A DNA stretch of 24,803 nt from positions 1 through 24,803 of the forward strand of contig JACVXV010000025.1 in assembly GCA_015661205.1 (NCBI GenBank), written 5' to 3'. Source of the stretch: Candidatus Brocadiaceae bacterium (GTDB taxonomy: Bacteria > Planctomycetota > Brocadiia > Brocadiales > Brocadiaceae). Under the pieces are notes generated by a model. It was given only the letters and a program-made list of their open reading frames with translations. It made no database searches and had not been told where the DNA came from. Position numbers and translations under genes: made by a program. Positions 22,540 through 24,803 of the stretch are shown piece by piece (position 1 is the first letter of the stretch; each line of letters begins with the position of its first letter).

Positions 22540-24803
22540 CTTGCCGTCTCCTTCAAAACATCGTCCACTACTTGTAGAAAATGACTCACATTGATGGGCT
22601 TGGTAATATAGTTCAAAAAGCCGGCAACCTTACCCTTTTCGACATCTTTTAACATCGCATTGGCGCTTATGGCAATAACGGGAATTTTCTTCGTTTCGTC
22701 GCCATCCCGTAATATCTCTAATGCCTCATATCCGCTTATCCCCGGCAGGTTTATATCCATTATAATAATGTCAGGCCGCTTTGCCCTGGCAATCGCTATC
22801 CCTGATTCAGCATTTGCAGCGCTCAACAATTCAATTTGGGGACGACGTTTAAGGATACTCTGAACAAGCATAAGATTGGCAGGATTATCTTCTACGTAGA
22901 GTATCGTTCTGTTCTTATAATTTTTTGTCTTCTGAGACTCTTGCATCGTGGTAATATCTACCATTTCCATAACAGGTTTCTGCACCCTCTTAAAATCAAC
23001 ATAAAACATGGTGCCCTTTTCAACAACACTTTCAACGCCAATATGACCATCCATCAGCTCCACAAGACGCCTTGTAATAGTCAGGCCGATGCCCGTGCCC
23101 TCTATGTTCGTTAACTCCTTTCCAAGCCGGTTGAAGGGTTGAAACAACAGGCCAAGTTTATCCTCCGCAATACCATAGCCGGTATCCTCAACTTTTATAC
23201 GCAGCATGTCGTTGTCCCGAAGCTCGTACGACACAATTACAGAGCCATTTTTACGATTGTATTTTACCGCATTTGTCAGTAAATTCGTCATAACCTGCTT
23301 TAATCGTGTGCGGTCTGCCATGATATACACACCGCTTTGGACAAATTTGACCGTTACCGTTACACCATATTTTACTGCAATAGATTTAATAATGGCGACA
23401 ACCTCTTCAATAACGGAATCAACCAAAATGATTTCGGGTGATATGGAAAGCTTGCCCGTTTCTATGCGAGAAAGATCAAGGATGTCGTTAATAAGCTCCA
23501 GCAGATGATCTCCAGAACTTAATATCAGTTCCACCGATTGACGTTGCGTAGCCGTTAGCGGGACGTGAGGATCGTTTTTGAGTACTTGCGCAAAGCCGAG
23601 TATTGAATTCATTGGCGTCCTTAATTCATGACTCATACTTGAAAGGAATAAGGATTTTGCCTCATTTGCGCGATTTGCCTCGTCAATGGCCTTGTGGAGT
23701 TTTTCCGTCATCGTATTGAAACTGGCTGCAAGTTCACCAATTTCATCTTGGTTTTTCACTTGCACCCGCCGCCACAGTTCACCTAATACAATTTTTTGCG
23801 CTGTGCGTTTTAATTTGTTAATTGGCCGTGAAATCGATAATGAATACAGGATTCCCGCTACAACAACCAGTACAACGCAGATAGCGCTTACCATAGATAC
23901 AATCACGCCAAGCGAGGTTAACGGGGCAAACAATTCTGCCTTGTCCACTTCAGCAACCAAAAGCCATTCATATTCCGGCATATTAATAGATACACCGAAA
24001 ACCGGCACACCCCGGTAATCCGGGTATATGCCTGCCATTCCCTGCCCGGACGTTATTGCCAATTGAACGGGTTTTGTATCAACGATCAGATTCAACGGCG
24101 CATGTTCAAGAAAACGGGAAGGGGTAATCATCCTTTTTTCCCTGTTTACCAGATAGACCTCCCCGGTCGCCCCCATTTGCACATCTGTTTTCATCACGTC
24201 ATGTAAAATAGCCAAATCATAGCAGTTTATAATAATGCCAAGCTTCTCCGCACTTGCAGACCTCCGGGAGGTAAGGGGCGCCGTAATATAAATGCTGTTT
24301 TTCTTGCTAAACACGCAAAACAACGGTTGATGAACCGTGGCGTTTCCATACGAGGCCTTCATCCCATGAGTAAAAAGTGGGGTGTTGGCATAACCCTGTC
24401 CAATCCACCGTTGATTTGTCGAAGCAACAACAACGCCGATAGTATTCAGCACGGCAATATCGGAAATGTACGTGTCTAATGGTCTTTTGTATTTTGTTAA
24501 ATGTTGATTTAAGGATTTAATCAACCTATCCCTGTTGCGATTATCTTCGTTTATTTTTTCCAGCGTGTCTCTTATAAAACCATCAGAACTAAAGTCAACG
24601 ATTCGCCCCCTTTTCGCATTTAACGCGGTATGTAAATGAGTCTTTTTCGATTCAACAATCAATGACAACTTACCCACCTGATGTTCTCTCAGTGCGGTGT
24701 AACCCTTGACGCAATAAACAACCGTGATAACCGCAACAGGTATCAGCGAAAGGCTGAGGCAGAAGAAGAGCAATTTGCTTCTGATTGATTTGAACAGTAC
24801 CAA
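22536..24803 (-). CDS. hybrid sensor histidine kinase (TM - Cache-like periplasmic domain - TM - HAMP - HisKA - HATPase_c - REC); the 5' end lies at or just beyond the window edge
   Basis: N-terminal TM segment LLFFCLSLSLIPVAVITVVYCV and a second TM segment VIVSMVSAICVVLVVVAGILYSL. HAMP region RPINKLKRTAQKI...DEIGELAASFNTM. H-box SHELRTPMNSILG. N, G1 and G2 boxes NLLTNAVKY, DTGYGI, GTGIGL. C-terminal receiver ILYVEDNPAN...IIMDINLPGISG. The reading frame runs to the last base of the window and the first in-window codon is TTG. Confidence 0.88.
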   Translation of the reverse strand: MVLFKSIRSKLLFFCLSLSLIPVAVITVVYCVKGYTALREHQVGKLSLIVESKKTHLHTALNAKRGRIVDFSSDGFIRDTLEKINEDNRNRDRLIKSLNQHLTKYKRPLDTYISDIAVLNTIGVVVASTNQRWIGQGYANTPLFTHGMKASYGNATVHQPLFCVFSKKNSIYITAPLTSRRSASAEKLGIIINCYDLAILHDVMKTDVQMGATGEVYLVNREKRMITPSRFLEHAPLNLIVDTKPVQLAITSGQGMAGIYPDYRGVPVFGVSINMPEYEWLLVAEVDKAELFAPLTSLGVIVSMVSAICVVLVVVAGILYSLSISRPINKLKRTAQKIVLGELWRRVQVKNQDEIGELAASFNTMTEKLHKAIDEANRANEAKSLFLSSMSHELRTPMNSILGFAQVLKNDPHVPLTATQRQSVELILSSGDHLLELINDILDLSRIETGKLSISPEIILVDSVIEEVVAIIKSIAVKYGVTVTVKFVQSGVYIMADRTRLKQVMTNLLTNAVKYNRKNGSVIVSYELRDNDMLRIKVEDTGYGIAEDKLGLLFQPFNRLGKELTNIEGTGIGLTITRRLVELMDGHIGVESVVEKGTMFYVDFKRVQKPVMEMVDITTMQESQKTKNYKNRTILYVEDNPANLMLVQSILKRRPQIELLSAANAESGIAIARAKRPDIIIMDINLPGISGYEALEILRDGDETKKIPVIAISANAMLKDVEKGKVAGFLNYITKPINVSHFLQVVDDVLKETAR

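Noticed and set aside
1-24803. tRNA, rRNA, transposase, integrase or prophage genes
   Set aside because: I saw no T-loop/acceptor-like tRNA signatures, no rRNA-like stretches, and no DDE, tyrosine-recombinase or serine-recombinase motifs in any ORF. The repeats are non-autonomous at best.

Overview
The window reads as a bacterial chromosomal segment with moderate GC (judged by eye, not computed). I found no rRNA, tRNA, transposase, integrase or CRISPR array. The minus strand carries a conserved lipid-synthesis operon, rpmF-plsX-fabH-fabD-acpP-fabF, with no fabG. Directly upstream of it lies a translationally coupled pair: an exported unknown protein and a radical SAM enzyme with a Cys-rich tail. 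Downstream lie an inositol-monophosphatase-family gene and a 970-aa B12-binding-type radical SAM fusion (TIGR03960-like plus DUF2344-like). This fab plus radical SAM arrangement resembles the clusters proposed for ladderane lipid synthesis in anammox Planctomycetes. The taxonomic assignment is inference only. The plus strand carries two tandem YkgJ-type CxxCxxCC proteins followed by an unusual 953-aa fusion of a UroD/MtaA-like methyltransferase barrel, a [2Fe-2S] ferredoxin domain and a RACo-type ASKHA ATPase (corrinoid reductive activator). I consider this fusion the best candidate for an undescribed system. Other content is as follows:
- a Gp49/HigB-like toxin with an XRE antitoxin, plus a divergent coiled-coil gene
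- a 567-aa exported TPR protein
- a signalling operon of hybrid Cache/HAMP histidine kinase, REC-HD-GYP and DUF62 SAM hydrolase, in which the DUF62 gene holds an in-frame array of 13 heptanucleotide repeats
- a 5'-truncated kinase remnant at the window start
The intergenic regions are packed with a family of GC-rich palindromic (REP-like) elements, including two composite palindromes of about 200-250 nt and several elements shared between distant loci. These elements account for several spurious ORFs in the track.
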